This document shows positions 28,271-41,730 of a DNA stretch of 64,000 nt, one piece after another. This stretch comes from Cycas panzhihuaensis (lineage: Eukaryota; Plantae; Cycadophyta): assembly GCA_023213395.1 (NCBI GenBank), contig CM041465.1, positions 146,761,741 to 146,825,740 on the forward strand, in the 5' to 3' direction. The notes beneath the pieces are model-generated. The model did no database searches and was not told where the DNA came from. It saw only the letters and a program-made list of their open reading frames with translations. The stretch's first letter is position 1; each line of letters opens with the position of its first letter. Made by a program: the position numbers and the translations under genes.

Positions 28271-29522
28271 ATAAACTCAAGTCTTTTACATAAACAAGTC
28301 CATGAAATGTTTAGAACTATATCTGAAAAGTACGAACTTAAAATTGGTTGAAGGTGTGAAATTCCATTGTGCATTGTACACAAGGTTCAGGTCCAAATTA
28401 ATCGAGTATTTCTCAAGGAGTGGAATGGCTCAGCTGTGCCTGTTATTCATGTGTGGACATTATCAGAGGAAGCATCGTACAAGTTGCAGTAAGAAACTGT
28501 GTAGCTACCCATAAAATGATAATTTCGGATGTTAAAATTTGTGAGGGTTGCCCAATTATGCCATAGGAAACGGCTCTAATTCAGTGTTTTTCTGGTACGT
28601 GTATAGTCTCACTAGGCAAGACCAGCAACAACCTGAAAGAAAGATTTAGACTCAGCAAGCAAATTACTGAAATGATTTGGTCGTGGAAAACAGAGGGTTC
28701 AAAATGTGAAGTGGCACGGTTTCTAGAAATTTATATATGACCGTTAATAAGATGTAGTAATGAACTACTTTGGACGCAAGGTTTCACTGCATCTCTAAAA
28801 CTTTCACATGCTTCTTATACAATGGTTCGGTATATAATGAAGATAAGGGTCAGGCTGTGATGGCATTCTCATTGCAGTGTAGCCTCTAGATTTACACACT
28901 CTGTTTACTCATTCGGTCTAACAGTGCATTGTATTTTCAGAACCAATATTTATTCCTTCTTCATAAGTTTTTTTGAGACAGCCCTTCCACTAAGGATACT
29001 TCGCTGCTTAACTCTTTGGTTATGGAAGCGGTAGAGATCGTGTTGCCGTTGCCGTAACATCAGAATACAATTTGTCAGCGACTGGCTGTAAATGCTTGAG
29101 CCTGAATTCCTTTTATAGTGAAGGTTATCTTGCCACAACCCATAATTAGTTCAGAACTATATTGCTAGTTTCTCGGCCCCATGGCCTGTCACAGATAACG
29201 AGAATAAAACCATTTAAACATAGTTATTTATTGAGTTTCTTCAATTGTCTTGTGTTACACAGATTGTGAGGCCCTCTTATTTATTCTATTCAGATGAGGC
29301 GCATGCTACCTATGCAACTATGGAACAACAACCCAGTACTTATAGCTGCAACTTCTATATTGGTCGGCCTATACAGTTTACATGTATATTCAGGCAAGAA
29401 ACTCAAGCTAAACCGTCGTCTTAGTACATTACAAACTTGCATGAGTCTTAATACTAAGGCTAAGGCTATCTTTGTCTTCATTTATGGACAGGGTGTGAAA
29501 GCAGCTCCAAATCAGCGTGGAA

Positions 29523-30524
29523 TCAGAAAAGAGTGGTCTTGCAGGAGAGAGTAGATGGATTCCATATAGCAGGCAGAAGGAAAGTCCTTCCATTAATACC
29601 ATAAGCATTGTAGCTTGCTTTAGTCCTTTTATCAATCAGAAGGTCTCCGGGGTAGCCGGGATAAGCGCCCTTGCCAAAGATGCCAGTACAAGCCGTCACA
29701 GCTTCAAGAGGTGCTAGAGCATCGCCCTGGTAGTATCCAGTATTGAAGGGATTGGAAACACTACCGGCCAAGATTGCTGCAATGTTGATGATCATTCCGT
29801 CAATCCCAACATCTCCGTTGGGCGGAAGCAGAGGCGGGGTGGGAGGCCCGTACAGAGGTACTGCAAAAGGCCATGCGCATTGGCCAGGGCACTGAATGCC
29901 AGAGTTGCCCACCCAACCTAACAGCACCTTTGTCCTGTTAGAAAGGCTCACAGAATCATGGAACCCGCAAGAGTTCATGCAGAATCTTTCCACATAGACA
30001 TCATCTGCAGTCAAAACCAGGTAAATTCCCTTGGGGACTATAGGAAGAAGCCTCTTTATCAATGCTCTTCTTACCAGCAGCTCTATTTGATTCCTTTTCA
30101 ACGTCTTTCCTACCGAGTAGGATGCATCCGAGGCCTGTTTTGCAATCCTGACGGAACCCGCAACACTTGCTTTGGATGAATCTTTATAGCCTTGCAGGGT
30201 TGCCCACCAATTGCTCACGGATAGTTTACTTTGCTCGCCCGCATTGGTTACTCTCAGAGATGCAAAGAAATCAGAAACGGGTGCCTTCTGAGCACGGCTA
30301 AATTTCCCATACCAGAGAATGCAGACATTGATGCTACTGGGCCCGGTAAGGAGGGGTCCTCTGTGATACTGCAGTACAAGAGGCACGTCCGGGACCAGCG
30401 CAGACGGCCTCCTGCCGCCATTGTGGAACATGGGTATTTCTGAACTGGCAACCGAGACTTGCTCGAAACAGAACACCAGCAGAAAACCCACCAGGCAACC
30501 GCCCAAGCCGACTTGATTTCCCAT
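29523..30524 (-). CDS. EXL2: Protein EXORDIUM-like (Phi-1/phosphate-induced protein 1 family), secreted, 333 aa, intronless
   Basis: Intact ORF with signal peptide and Phi_1 motifs LQYHRGPLL, LWYGKFS, VSNWW, IYLVLTADDV..FCMNSCGFH, WVGNS..QCPGQCAWPF, PPNGDVGIDGM, NPF..GYYQG..APLEA, GIFGKGAYPGYPG, ASYNA.G.NGR.FLLPAIW. Family assignment is secure; the EXL2 subtype is inferred from GIFG/YPGYPG. Confidence 0.97.
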   Translation of the reverse strand: MGNQVGLGGCLVGFLLVFCFEQVSVASSEIPMFHNGGRRPSALVPDVPLVLQYHRGPLLTGPSSINVCILWYGKFSRAQKAPVSDFFASLRVTNAGEQSKLSVSNWWATLQGYKDSSKASVAGSVRIAKQASDASYSVGKTLKRNQIELLVRRALIKRLLPIVPKGIYLVLTADDVYVERFCMNSCGFHDSVSLSNRTKVLLGWVGNSGIQCPGQCAWPFAVPLYGPPTPPLLPPNGDVGIDGMIINIAAILAGSVSNPFNTGYYQGDALAPLEAVTACTGIFGKGAYPGYPGDLLIDKRTKASYNAYGINGRTFLLPAIWNPSTLSCKTTLF

Positions 30525-30755
30525 GTCGAGCCCTTCAATACGTTGCCTGTACTACTATTTGGGTTGGAAGATAGTACTCCCGCCCCGAGCCTGGCCTAAA
30601 ATGTACCAAGAAGATGATACTCGCAGGGTAATAACAGTGAACCACTTCCACAAGAGTGCAGGGAGAGCTACCTTCTACCTTCTGATCCAGGATGATGAGT
30701 CTCAGCAATTGCCGATACGCTCGACTGGTGTATAAAATCAAATGCTTGGGCTTTC

Positions 30756-30761
30756 TTTATA
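30756..30761 (-). promoter_or_regulatory. Putative TATA box of the EXL gene
   Basis: TATAAA on minus ~230 bp upstream of the ATG; CCAAT at 30861-30865 (minus); no ATG in the intervening leader. Confidence 0.6.
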
Positions 30762-31022
30762 AGCGGGAGGCTCAAAGGCGGAAGCATGTGCTTGCGGATA
30801 GGAAAGAATCCTTGCCAGAAGGCATCCGCAGCAATCCTGGGAACTCGAAACGGATTTTACATTGGTTGGGTGGATAAAAGCTGGACCCCGGGGCTACAGA
30901 CGGTCAATCATGCCGCCGCCTCAACGAAGACGGCTTCCATTATAAGTTCCAGATCACAGAAAGTTGTGGGCCTGCCGGTCAACCAGACCCCGTGTCGCCT
31001 GGTCCTGTAACTCATAATGCTC

Positions 31023-31030
31023 GAATATTC
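31023..31030. promoter_or_regulatory. P1BS (PHR1 site, GNATATNC) next to ABRE-like ACGTGG
   Basis: GAATATTC inside palindrome CGAATATTCG, ~500 bp upstream of the EXL ATG; TTACGTGG follows at ~31036. Confidence 0.45.
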
Positions 31031-32605
31031 GGGGGTTACGTGGAGCGCTGCTTACCTGGCGTCGGACCAATCTCTGGCTGTGTTGGACGGGCTGGAGTTA
31101 ATTGTATTGATTGTTTGGAAGCTATTGCCACGAGATAAAAACTAAAACGAGAAACTTGCCCGTGCCTGCCAGTAGTGCAGTGCAATGAATGGAGAGTCCG
31201 GAGAATTCAGAGATCCAATCCAGCTGGGATCTGCCACCGTGTTCTTGGGCCCACTCCGTAGTGGATTGTTGGGAAGGTCTTTTGTAGCCACTTTCAAAAC
31301 TGGGTGGCCGCCTACAGCTGCTCTGCGGGCCTACCCCATTCCTCTCAAGGGAAGGTGTCAAAGTTTCAAACCTCCTAAGGTCACCTTTCAATGCCACTTT
31401 TACTCTAAACGGATTTGGTTGGGAGGGTAACGTCGACCACGTTAAGGGGATGGGATTCAGGAGGCTTTTGGGTAGAGAGCTCGTCGAATCTGCACCGCAG
31501 ACACACCAAAAACAAAAGGACGGTTCATTTCCGGCAACCTGAATTATCGAATATATAAAATATTGCCGCCATTAAGTCCTTTGTCATGTGAAAGATAGAT
31601 TGATCGATTCGAGATCGCAACTTGTAATACGGCTTAGTCCTAGACTTGGATTGGCTTGTATGGAAAATCTGATTGCGGTACCTCCCCGGTACTGGGCCAG
31701 ATCTCTTTTGTAGCCTGGGAAGAACCGCAAGATAACAGAAGACTAATGACCTGCCGACAGCTTGGGTTGCCGTCATTTTATCGATATATGTGTACAAATA
31801 TGCATTGTACAACTTTACAGCTGCATTCGGTAAAATAATGGAGAGTCTTTAGGGCACGTTTTTGTTTTGTTTTTTTATCATAAATTCGATCGTCAGTTTT
31901 GGAATCGTCAATCCAGGCTTCGTGGATTGCATATTGCAGGAAATTTCATGGATCACCAATAATATGGTTTTCATGAAAGTCAACATAACCACATATGTGA
32001 GTTTGTCTTCAACCCAAGTTTGAAATAGTTAAGCATTAAGGACCGAAGGTTAAGATTGCTTACAATAAACAAATTGTCATTGAACGGATCATTTTGACAC
32101 ATGCATAGATTGTTAATATTTAAATTATTTTTTTATATCAATTTCAACTCTCTTTCATCCAATCGTATAGTACTAATATATCTACAAATCTCTATATATA
32201 TCTCACAATTAATAATAATATGTAATGAGCACTACACTGATTCCTAATGTTATTGTTGCTATTTATTAAAGTAGCTATATATTACGTGGTTGTAATTTTT
32301 GTGAGGTATGTTTTCTAAGGAATAAGTTTAAGAAATAGCCTCTTCATATCTTTATCTCTACTAATAGTGAACCATATATTAGTTGACAACTTAAATTTTG
32401 ACGGTCATTTAATTATTTATACAAATCTTATAACTTTTAGCATTTTTCACAATGTTGCATTGAATGAATCCATGTTGTCACATGTATATCTCTTCATGAC
32501 AAAATAGTAATATAAATTAAGAATGCTTATAAATATACAGCATTAAAATTAATATGAATGTTACGGTCCCCACAACTTAAGGATGCTATAATCTAGTATA
32601 TTAAT

Positions 32606-35600
32606 TGAAGTGATCATAAATTAAATTCACTATTTTAAACAAAAAAAATGCTCAAATAAAAATTCAATAGGCAAAATTATTCCTAGCACCAAATACCAAA
32701 TAAAATTATGACTAGCCAAAAAATAAAACTTGGATAATGAATTGAAGTTTTCCATTATTTATAGATGTTAATATATTTTCCTATTAAAAAAATAATTTTA
32801 ATAATAATATTAATAACAAAATATTAACTTCTTAATATAAAAATATATTTATATTTAATTTAAAAATATTGACTCTTTAATAATAATAATAAAGCTAACT
32901 TCTAATAAAATACTAATTCCTCCTCAATAAAATAAAATAACTACAATTAATCCCTTCTTTAATACTTTGCCCACAAAGTATTATAATATTGTTTTAAAGT
33001 ATAGAGCATATATTTCCTCATGTATATCTTCAATCCTCCACTTACCAAGGTCATTATATCATAGACTTTTAGTTGTCTTTTATTTCATTTTCTTAAAACA
33101 ACTTATATATTTCTTGTTTGTGATAACACCCTATTTAAGATAGCTTTTTTATAAGCTTTTGCATTTGAACAATCTTAGGACTTATGTGCACTGACCTCAA
33201 CTTACTTGAGATCTTGTCCTCTATTTATATATAGTATTTGTTTATAGTTATCCTTAAAGGGAAAATAGGAAAATATAAAAGAAGGACAAGGATTATAGAA
33301 ATGATATTCAGAAAATAAATATGAGAATTTTTTAGAATAAGGGGTTAGAGTGTAAAGTTGATGAGGTAAGTTCAATTGAGATTTAATTTATGAGTGATTA
33401 GATTGTGAATGATATGGAAGAGTTGAAGGGAGGTGATGATGGGTATGAATTAGGTAATAATATAAATACATACTTTTGTTATGATATATGTAAGAGGTAG
33501 TAGGAAAAAGATAGTAATAAGGGATTGAGGTTATGGTAAATGTTTTATATAGGTACATCTCAAGGAGGGTAAAGGGTATTGATGAGTTATATTAGAAGGA
33601 AAACTAAGGAGAAGCATATATAAGGAATTCATAGGGGACCATGATATATGAAGAACATGTTAGAAAAGAGATAGATAGGAGGAATTTGTAGATGATGAGG
33701 ATGATGTTATATAGAATGAAAGGTAAGTGAATTTAAATCTATACGTGAACTTAGGGTTTAAGGAGGTTAAAAAGAATGGGTAAGGAATAAGAGTTAAGCA
33801 TTCCTTATGGGAAAATGACTTAGTTAATAATATGTAAAGGTGGCTTGTGGAGCAATGTAAAAAGGTTGGTGGTAGGGAGAGTGGGGATATAGAAAGAAAA
33901 AATTAAATGCTTTTTAGAGGGGGTATATAATAATAGTACCAGAGGTTGAAACTTATTAAGAGGGGGTTGGAAGATGAGACATATAGGAAGGGTAATATAA
34001 AGATTTTCTAGAGGATGGGACATGAATAGTTATGTAAGGTGAAGTGCATACTAGGATGGCTAAGGGATTTTTAAAGTCTATAGAATTAAGAGAACTAAAA
34101 GAAACAAATAAGTATAAAACAAGATCGAAATTTAAAATGACTACCTCTCTAAACATATTATATACCTTAAGTTCTTTTTCAAGCTTCTTATTAGTGGGCA
34201 TATCCTCACTTAATTCATGCATGTTACTTGTCCTTTCATCACATCACTCATTAATATACTCTTCATTAGGTTGTTCTTCAACTAGCTCAACTGGCTCTTC
34301 CCTTGCGTCTTTTATAAGAGCTTCCATATAAGCTAGACTTTCCTGTTGGGTATTGTGACAACAATTATGGGGCTAAAATTATGGCATGTTTTCGGCGTGG
34401 TTTCCCTCCCAAATCTTTCTCGAGGGGTTCCAAGGGGGGCGGGAGCCCCCCTTGGCCAGGGGGTGCAGGGGGGTATGGAACACCCCCGCTCCCGACCCGA
34501 AAAATTAGCCATGTAAACCTTATCAAAATGTAAAGAGGATCAGGGTCATTCGATACAAATACCCTAGATTCTACGGTTGAGATTTAGGTCTTGGATGTTC
34601 CTCTCATGTAGCCTATTTTAGGGCTTTTCTTATTATGTTGTAATATAATGCAATGTAACTGTGATGAGGGTGGTGGCTAATTGTTGTTCCTGAGAGCACT
34701 CTGTAACTGTGATGTATTGTTTTTCCATTCTACAACAATAAAGATCGATACCTTTCCTATGTGGATGTTTCCCTAGCACACTGTTAGGGTTTTACCACGT
34801 TATATCGGGTGCATATGTGATGTTTGGCTTTCATTTTCTTGTTACTATATAATCTCTGATTTTAGAACTTGCATGTAATTTTAAGTTTCGATTTCTGTAA
34901 CTAGTTGTAAGAATGTAATAGATCTTGGTGGTAGTTAAAGGGTTGGGACTTCATATTCTCAACATTTTCTAAATTGTATTTTATATTTTTTATATTCTTT
35001 CTTGTATCCCTTTGAATATGTCTTCTATTCGATATTTATCTTTTAAGTTTTTAAAGTCTTTATATATGAAGTCTTTCCAATATTTATCCCACCATGTTAT
35101 AATTCTTTCATCAAATCTTGTAAGAAATATTTATGAAAAAATATCTCCAATTAGGGCAATAATCTAAAAGTATACTAATGGCCTAATCCCAAGCTTATCC
35201 ATCTATATATTCCTTAATATATAAGGAAAATAATATTCTTTCCATGTAGGGTTGAATATTAAAGCCCCTTTTGACCTTATCCAATTACTTTATAAGTCAC
35301 ACTCCTCCATCTATGCTAAAAATATGAAATATATGGCTCTATCTTTAGATATTAACATTAAATAATAATGACTATATTAAATTATCTCTAAAATAGATTA
35401 AATAATAATTTAAAATTATGGCATTTAAATCAAGATTCTAATGATTTAGATAAAATCAAAATTTGATACCTGTAATAGAAATTATGCCCCTTTTAAGGTG
35501 GGTCATGATTAGGATTTTCGGGAATTACATTGGTACTTATTACTAAAATGTCGATAACATTTAACTCTAATGTCTAATGGATTTGAAACTACTTCCAAAC

Positions 35601-36239
35601 AAAAGTAGATTTTTGGACACAAATTCATGAAAATTTTGAGGTTAATTAGATACTCATAACCAAAGTTATCTTCACTTGAAGTTGTAGTAATAAATTTTAA
35701 GCTTTAAAAATAATGATGGACGATATGTCGAAATAAAACTCCCTATAATTTTTGTAGCTTTCACTCTAAAACCTATAATATAACCACTTAAAATTTATAG
35801 AATAGATTTAGTCATCTTAAATCTATAATTACTTTTTCAAAATTTGCCTGTTTACACTCCAAAAAATGCAGATCTTTAGTAGGCAAAAAATAAAGCTCTA
35901 ATACCATTTAGAGTGATCCTAAATTATATGTACTTCCTTAAACAAAAAGAAAAACCTAAATAGGCAAAATTGCTCCAAGTACCAAGTTCCAAGTGAAATT
36001 AGGATTGATCCAAAAGTAAAACTTATATAGTAAATTGAATTTTCCCCTATTTATAGGTGTCAACATGATTCTTTAGTAAAAAATCAACTTCAATAATAAT
36101 ATTAATGATAAAATACCCAACTTCCTAATATAAAAATTAACTTCTTTTTAAATTTAAAAATATCAACTTCTTAATAATAATAATAAAACTAACTTCTAAT
36201 GAAATAGTAACTCCCCCTCAATAGATTAGGATCATTACA
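32606..36239 (-). mobile_element. Non-autonomous Ty3-type LTR element nested in the 5' LTR of the 32559 element
   Basis: 3' LTR 32606-32945; PBS (plus GCTCTAATACCA) 35895-35906; 5' LTR 35909-36239; TSD TTAAT both sides; gag-like IFLTRFDERIITWWDKYW ~35100; eroded chromodomain-like tail ~32960-33140; no RT or integrase core. Confidence 0.88.
34344..34964 (+). mobile_element. Solo LTR (621 bp)
   Basis: TGTTG...CAACA; TSD TTTCC/TTTTC; retains CpG; same family as 41092-41730. Confidence 0.9.
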
Positions 36240-39200
36240 TTAATGATATAGGTTAAGATAATAGAGTTAGTTGTGGTTAGTGTTAGTAGCACCTTATAAG
36301 GTTGCATTATGTTTAAGAGTGCACGTGAGTTAATTAAGTGTATTAACATGAGGGTTAATAATGTGCACTAAAATTAGTGATGTTGTAGTTAGTGTGAGGA
36401 TTAAGGGTAATGAGTCTATGAAGTAGTGTACATATTTTATGTATAAATGCACCCTCTTATGCATTGTAAAGTTTAATGATCATTTTATCAATCAAATTAT
36501 TATTCTTTAATGAAGTTCAATATGCTAATTTATATTTACTTACTTGAATTTTCTTAGGGTTTATTATTAAATTATTGTGGATTTTGAGTAATATATATGA
36601 GATCTATTACATGTGGTATCAGAACTAGTTACAAGTTTTGAAAATCAATGTATTAATTTTCACTTATTTTTTGTTAGCTTTATATTGTTATTTCTATTAT
36701 CTTTTATTACATACTTTCATTTTGTGCATCATGTGCTTGTAACTTTATTGAGCACTTCTTTATGTAGCTTATTTGTGTATATAAGCATGGCTATTATGAT
36801 TGTAACCATTTATTTGAGAAATCTATAGACTCGTAATTGTAATCATCTTTTTTATTTTTTCCATAAATTTGGCCCAAAGTCTCTACTCAAATTGAGTTCT
36901 CTTTTAGTCCCATTAGACATCTATTCATTTTATGTTCCACTATAGATCCACACCTTAGTTTCTACCTTTGTTGGATTATAGCAATCATTATTCCAACATA
37001 TTTATCATGTAAGCAAGTGTATTTTCTTCCATCTATTATGAGTGATCTAATAGTGAGTGCATGGTAACTCTATATGTTAAGAACGCATTAGTATTATTTA
37101 TGGTAAGTAACATTGGATTCTTGAAGTCTAAATTTAATCTGCAACTACCATGGATTAAATCCTTACTTCCATTTGTATATAAAAGTTTCATAATATCGCA
37201 AACCCTACATAAATGTGCTCATGGAGAATGAGTGACCTTTTTACACTTATTTTGAGCAACTAAATATTAGATCTCAATGTTTTTCAGTGTTTCAAGACTT
37301 ATATGATTTGTCTTTACCTAGAGAAGGAAACCCATTAACTTTTGTTTTGTGATCCATGCTTCAAATCATTCAATTTTTGTTGCCAAAGTCATGTAAGTTC
37401 ACTAGTCAACTCTGTTGAATATAGTCAATGTGAAAAATAAAGCAATGATTAAAATTATTCACTTTATTTATTCTAAGGTTATATGGTTAATTAAACTATA
37501 TGTGAATGTGATTATCAATCCACCTAACCCGTCACATAATGTCACATAGGGCTTCTTCATGATCGAGAGCTAATGAATAAAAGGGGTTAAAGATAATTAA
37601 AGAAACCATATGGGAAATTTGATATCTATGTGTATATTTTAGCCTATATTCTATTCATATGAACTTAGAATTCAATTCTATCTAATTCGATAGAATTTAT
37701 GTTTTGAAGGCTTTATTTTAAGCTATTATATGACCTATTTTGGAGTTCTTTCATACTATATATTAAAGTTTAAAATCAAGTCTTTTAGTTTTATAATGGA
37801 TTATATTGTATGCTTTCCATTATGTTGAGGTCATTCAGATGTTGGCAAAAAAGCCATTGCTTTTGAGGTCATAGTATTTTCTTCATAGTTAATATCTTCA
37901 AAAACAAAAAGAAAACATTATTCATCATTCTAAATAACCTCATTAAGTTTAAGCTTAGTGGCTTTATTGATCTTTAAGAGTGAATCACTATATTTATGAT
38001 ATTTTATAAGGATTCACTCTATGATGAGAATGAAGATAGTTAAATCTTGACTGCCTCTAATCATTTGGATAATCACCTCTATTGGTGGGCAAAAACTTGG
38101 TGCTACACATACCACATATGCAATTGGAAAGTATTCATTTCATGTCTTTACCAATATGTTATGGAAAAGATATCTCTTTGTAAGGAATGAAAGCTAGATA
38201 TAGGGAAGTGAGAAAAGGACCATCTTGATAAACTAAAAGTGACTCTATCAAAAAATGAAATTGTGGAAATTAAATCTCATTAACTCCTAAGTATCAAGGT
38301 AAGTTTTTTCTTTTCATAGACTTTTAATGAGCATATTGAAGTCCCTTCCTTACCTACATCTCCACCAAATAATAATGGGATCATCATTAAGTCAGCCATC
38401 TTGGAAGAAGTCACTATGTTCCCTGCTATATAAGGTGAATATTTGGATGATAAGGAAAATCCTCTTTCCCCACAAGGTGGTAATTTGGATAATAATATGG
38501 TCTTTCTTCTTGAGATCTTTTAATAAAATACTCATAATCCTAGCACAATTAAGGGGAAACCACAATCTTACAATTTACAAGTGCATTTGGGTCCCTACTT
38601 TTATGGTTCTCTAATTTATTATATCATGGGTCTTTATTTCTTTGATCATGATATCCAGTCAAGGGGACCACACTATTTTGATTCCTAAAATTAGTTAATA
38701 GGTACCATACATCATTTCTCACCATCAAGTTATGCAATAAAAATCTCTTCCCATTAACACTAGGACCAAATAGCTACCTACAAAATTTTAGTAGTAGTAA
38801 GGGGTGCTTATATCAAATTTTGATGGTTGAGAGCAACCATCTTGTAAAGGGAAGGGGAATGTTATGGTCCCCACAACCTAGGAATGGTATAGCCTAGTAT
38901 ATTGATGTTAAAAATTAAGATAATAGAGTTAGTGATTATTAGTATTAATAGAATCTTATGTGCTTGCATTATGTTTAAGAGTGTATAAGAGTTAAGCAAG
39001 CGTGTTACCATGAGAGTTAATAATGTACACTAGAATTAATATTGTGGCAGTTAGTATGAGGATTAAGGGTAATGAGTATATGAAGTTGTGCATATTTTAT
39101 ATATAAATGCACCCTCCTACATATTGTAAAGGCTAATGACCATTTTATCAATCAAACTATTATTCTCTAATGAGGATCAATATGTTAATTTTCATTTGCT

Positions 39201-41091
39201 TACTTGATTTTTCTTGGGGTTTACTATTAAATTCTTGTGGATTTTAAGTTATAGATGTTAGATCTATTATAATGAAGTATAAATCACAAATATTTTATAC
39301 TAAATGCATGTACTTTTATAAATTTAATGAGCACATTTGACACAAATACATAAATTGTAATACCTTCACCTTGTATACATTATATATTTTATTTTTGTAT
39401 GTTTATTTCATGATATGATATAATCATCTGTTGTGTTATAAACCAAAGCCAGGTAAAGTATTTTACTAGATTTATGGAGATGCACCTAAAAGAACTTTCA
39501 TGTTTCATGAATATGATATCATGTAAGTTTAGAGCTCATGAGGCTATATATATGTGGATATCCTAGAGACTAAATGCTCATGCAAAAACAAATGATATAA
39601 ATATCAAAGTCCACTAATAATATGGCTAGATTACTTAAAGATTAAAAAAATAGGAAGATACAATATAATTATGAGAGGGAAACATATGAGGTAGCATTAG
39701 AAACTTATGGGTTATAGTTTTTTGAAAGTGAGTGTATGGGGTTTAAAAATTAATGTTATTAATGACTATCATTTTGACAAGGTAACTAGCTAATAACATT
39801 ATTTAAAAAATAAGTTTAGGAGATATGAGACCATGGCCCTTGTGATACAATTTTATAATATAATTAGAAGGTGATGAATTCTCTAATCATTTCTAGAATA
39901 CAATTAGAAAAGGAGATTTCTCTTAATAATCACCTAAAAGTCAAAATTATACTTACCTCTTCATTTTACACATACCTATATACATACTTACATGATTATG
40001 TGCATTTTCTCCTTCTTTATTCTCTCTTTATTTTGTATCCTTCATTCATCCTTTGTTCATTCTTTTTTATCTAATCTAAGTTATAAAGGTATCTAGTTCC
40101 TATGCATTTTGGCTTAATGCACAAGAAGTTTTGTTTATATGACTAATGGGGATCTTTATTCCTTATTTTTAATAATTTATTCTTGAGTTCTTTTTCTTCT
40201 CATTTTCTTAGAGTTTGGAATCATCTAATTTGTGAGGAGAAATGACATGACGTAGGGTTTTGTTATTTAAATGAAATAGTGATGTACTTTTTTTTTTCTT
40301 TAATGTATGCAATGGTGGAAAATGATGCTCTCTACTATATTAGTAAGTACTATGCAATGCTCATATTTTTCTATATAGCCCCAGTAGTGATTCTATGAAC
40401 TAAGAGGGGTTTTGTTAATATTTGTGACTACAAGTACCTAACTTTAATATGATTCTAAGGAGAATAGGTGGATTCCAAGGGGGTTATTATGTGATTGCAT
40501 CTCATATCTGGTTACACTCTTACCATGGCATGATTCCATGTGTCATATTTTAATGTGAATCCTAATCTTAGTAAGACTTTAAGATCACTCCCACCAGGGG
40601 TACCTAAGACAACTAACATCAAGGAGGTCCTAGGGTGTGGGACCTAGAATGAGGTCCTAAGTGGCCCATGTAGGGCACTTATTCACCACTTAGGTGAGGA
40701 TTCAAGATATACAAGCATAGTCTTCTTCCCTTCACTTAGGGTTTTGGAGGAATAAGGGGATGGCAACGTTTCCACTTCCTCTAGGCTTTTAGACAACTGA
40801 AGTATGTCTTCCTTTCCCTTTACACCATGATTGGGCAAGTTCCTTTGACAAGGGACCAATGTGGCATGAAAGAAAAAGGACAATAAAAGAAAGGAGTGAA
40901 GGGACCAAATGAGCGTAAGATCACTTGGTAGAATAATGAAGGTATGGTTTTGTTATATTGTTATATTAGCAAAATGGTGTAGATGTAACTTTTGAAGGAG
41001 AAACAAAAAGAAGATAATGTGAATAAGAGGAAAAGGAGGAGCAAGAAAAGAATAAAGTAAGAAAATAACCTTACTCTTATTTACTCTAACA

Positions 41092-41730
41092 TGTTAAAAA
41101 AACCTTATCTAAATAACCTAAAACACTAACCACCAAGATCTAACTATTTTGCAATAATAAAAAGGATTTGAAACTATAATAAATATAAGCATAAAAAACT
41201 AGAGATTATTTAACATATATAAGAAAGCATACACATTACCTAGTACATCAATTTCAATGTGGTAAAACCCTAACAAAGTGCTATAGAAACATTCACACAA
41301 GAAAGGTATTGATCTTTATTAGTCAATAATGAAAGATTATATATGTAGTCACCACAAATTTTCATAGCAGTAACAACTAATAACTGCCCACTTGTAATGC
41401 AATGCAATACAATATAATGTGATATAATTACCCTAAAAATAGGTTATAAGAGAGGCACACCAATCGTAGCCATGAGATCTAGGTCTTTTGAAGAACAACC
41501 TAGATTCTCTTTACAATTTGATAGGTTTTAAGCCATAGCTTTTTGCTTTAGGGGATACTACCCCTAAACCCCCACTTGTGGGGTCGCATTCCATGTCCCC
41601 CACACCCCTCTTAGCTAAGGCAGGTTACCGCCCCCCTTGAATCCCCCCGAGAAAATATTGGTGAGGAAACCATACCAATAAAGGCCCAAAAAATTAAAGC
41701 CTTCTCATAATTATTGTCACACATCTAATA
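41092..41730 (-). mobile_element. Older solo LTR, same family as 34344-34964
   Basis: Reverse complement aligns (TGTGACAA.AATTATG..TGGTTTCC..CAAGGGGGGCGG..TGTTAGGGTTTTACCAC..GATCTTGGTGG); TSD TAACA/TGACA. Confidence 0.85.

Larger units (their letters stand above)
32559..39271 (+). mobile_element. Non-autonomous Ty3-type LTR element (gag remnant only) with interrupted 5' LTR
   Basis: 5' LTR 32559-32605 plus 36245-36611; PBS TGGTATCAGAAC 36614-36625; PPT AAAGGGAAGGGGAA 38846-38859; 3' LTR 38860-39271; TSD ATGAA both sides; gag-like LTASNHLDNHLYWWAKTW..NWKVFISCL ~38050-38160. Confidence 0.9.

Noticed and set aside
27939-28383. ORFs spanning 28031-28270
   Set aside because: Artefacts of the N gap.
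29290-31430. Short ORFs overlapping or flanking EXL, including a possible uORF at 30535-30741
   Set aside because: Shadow frames of GC-rich DNA; the uORF starts with TTG and the leader has no ATG.
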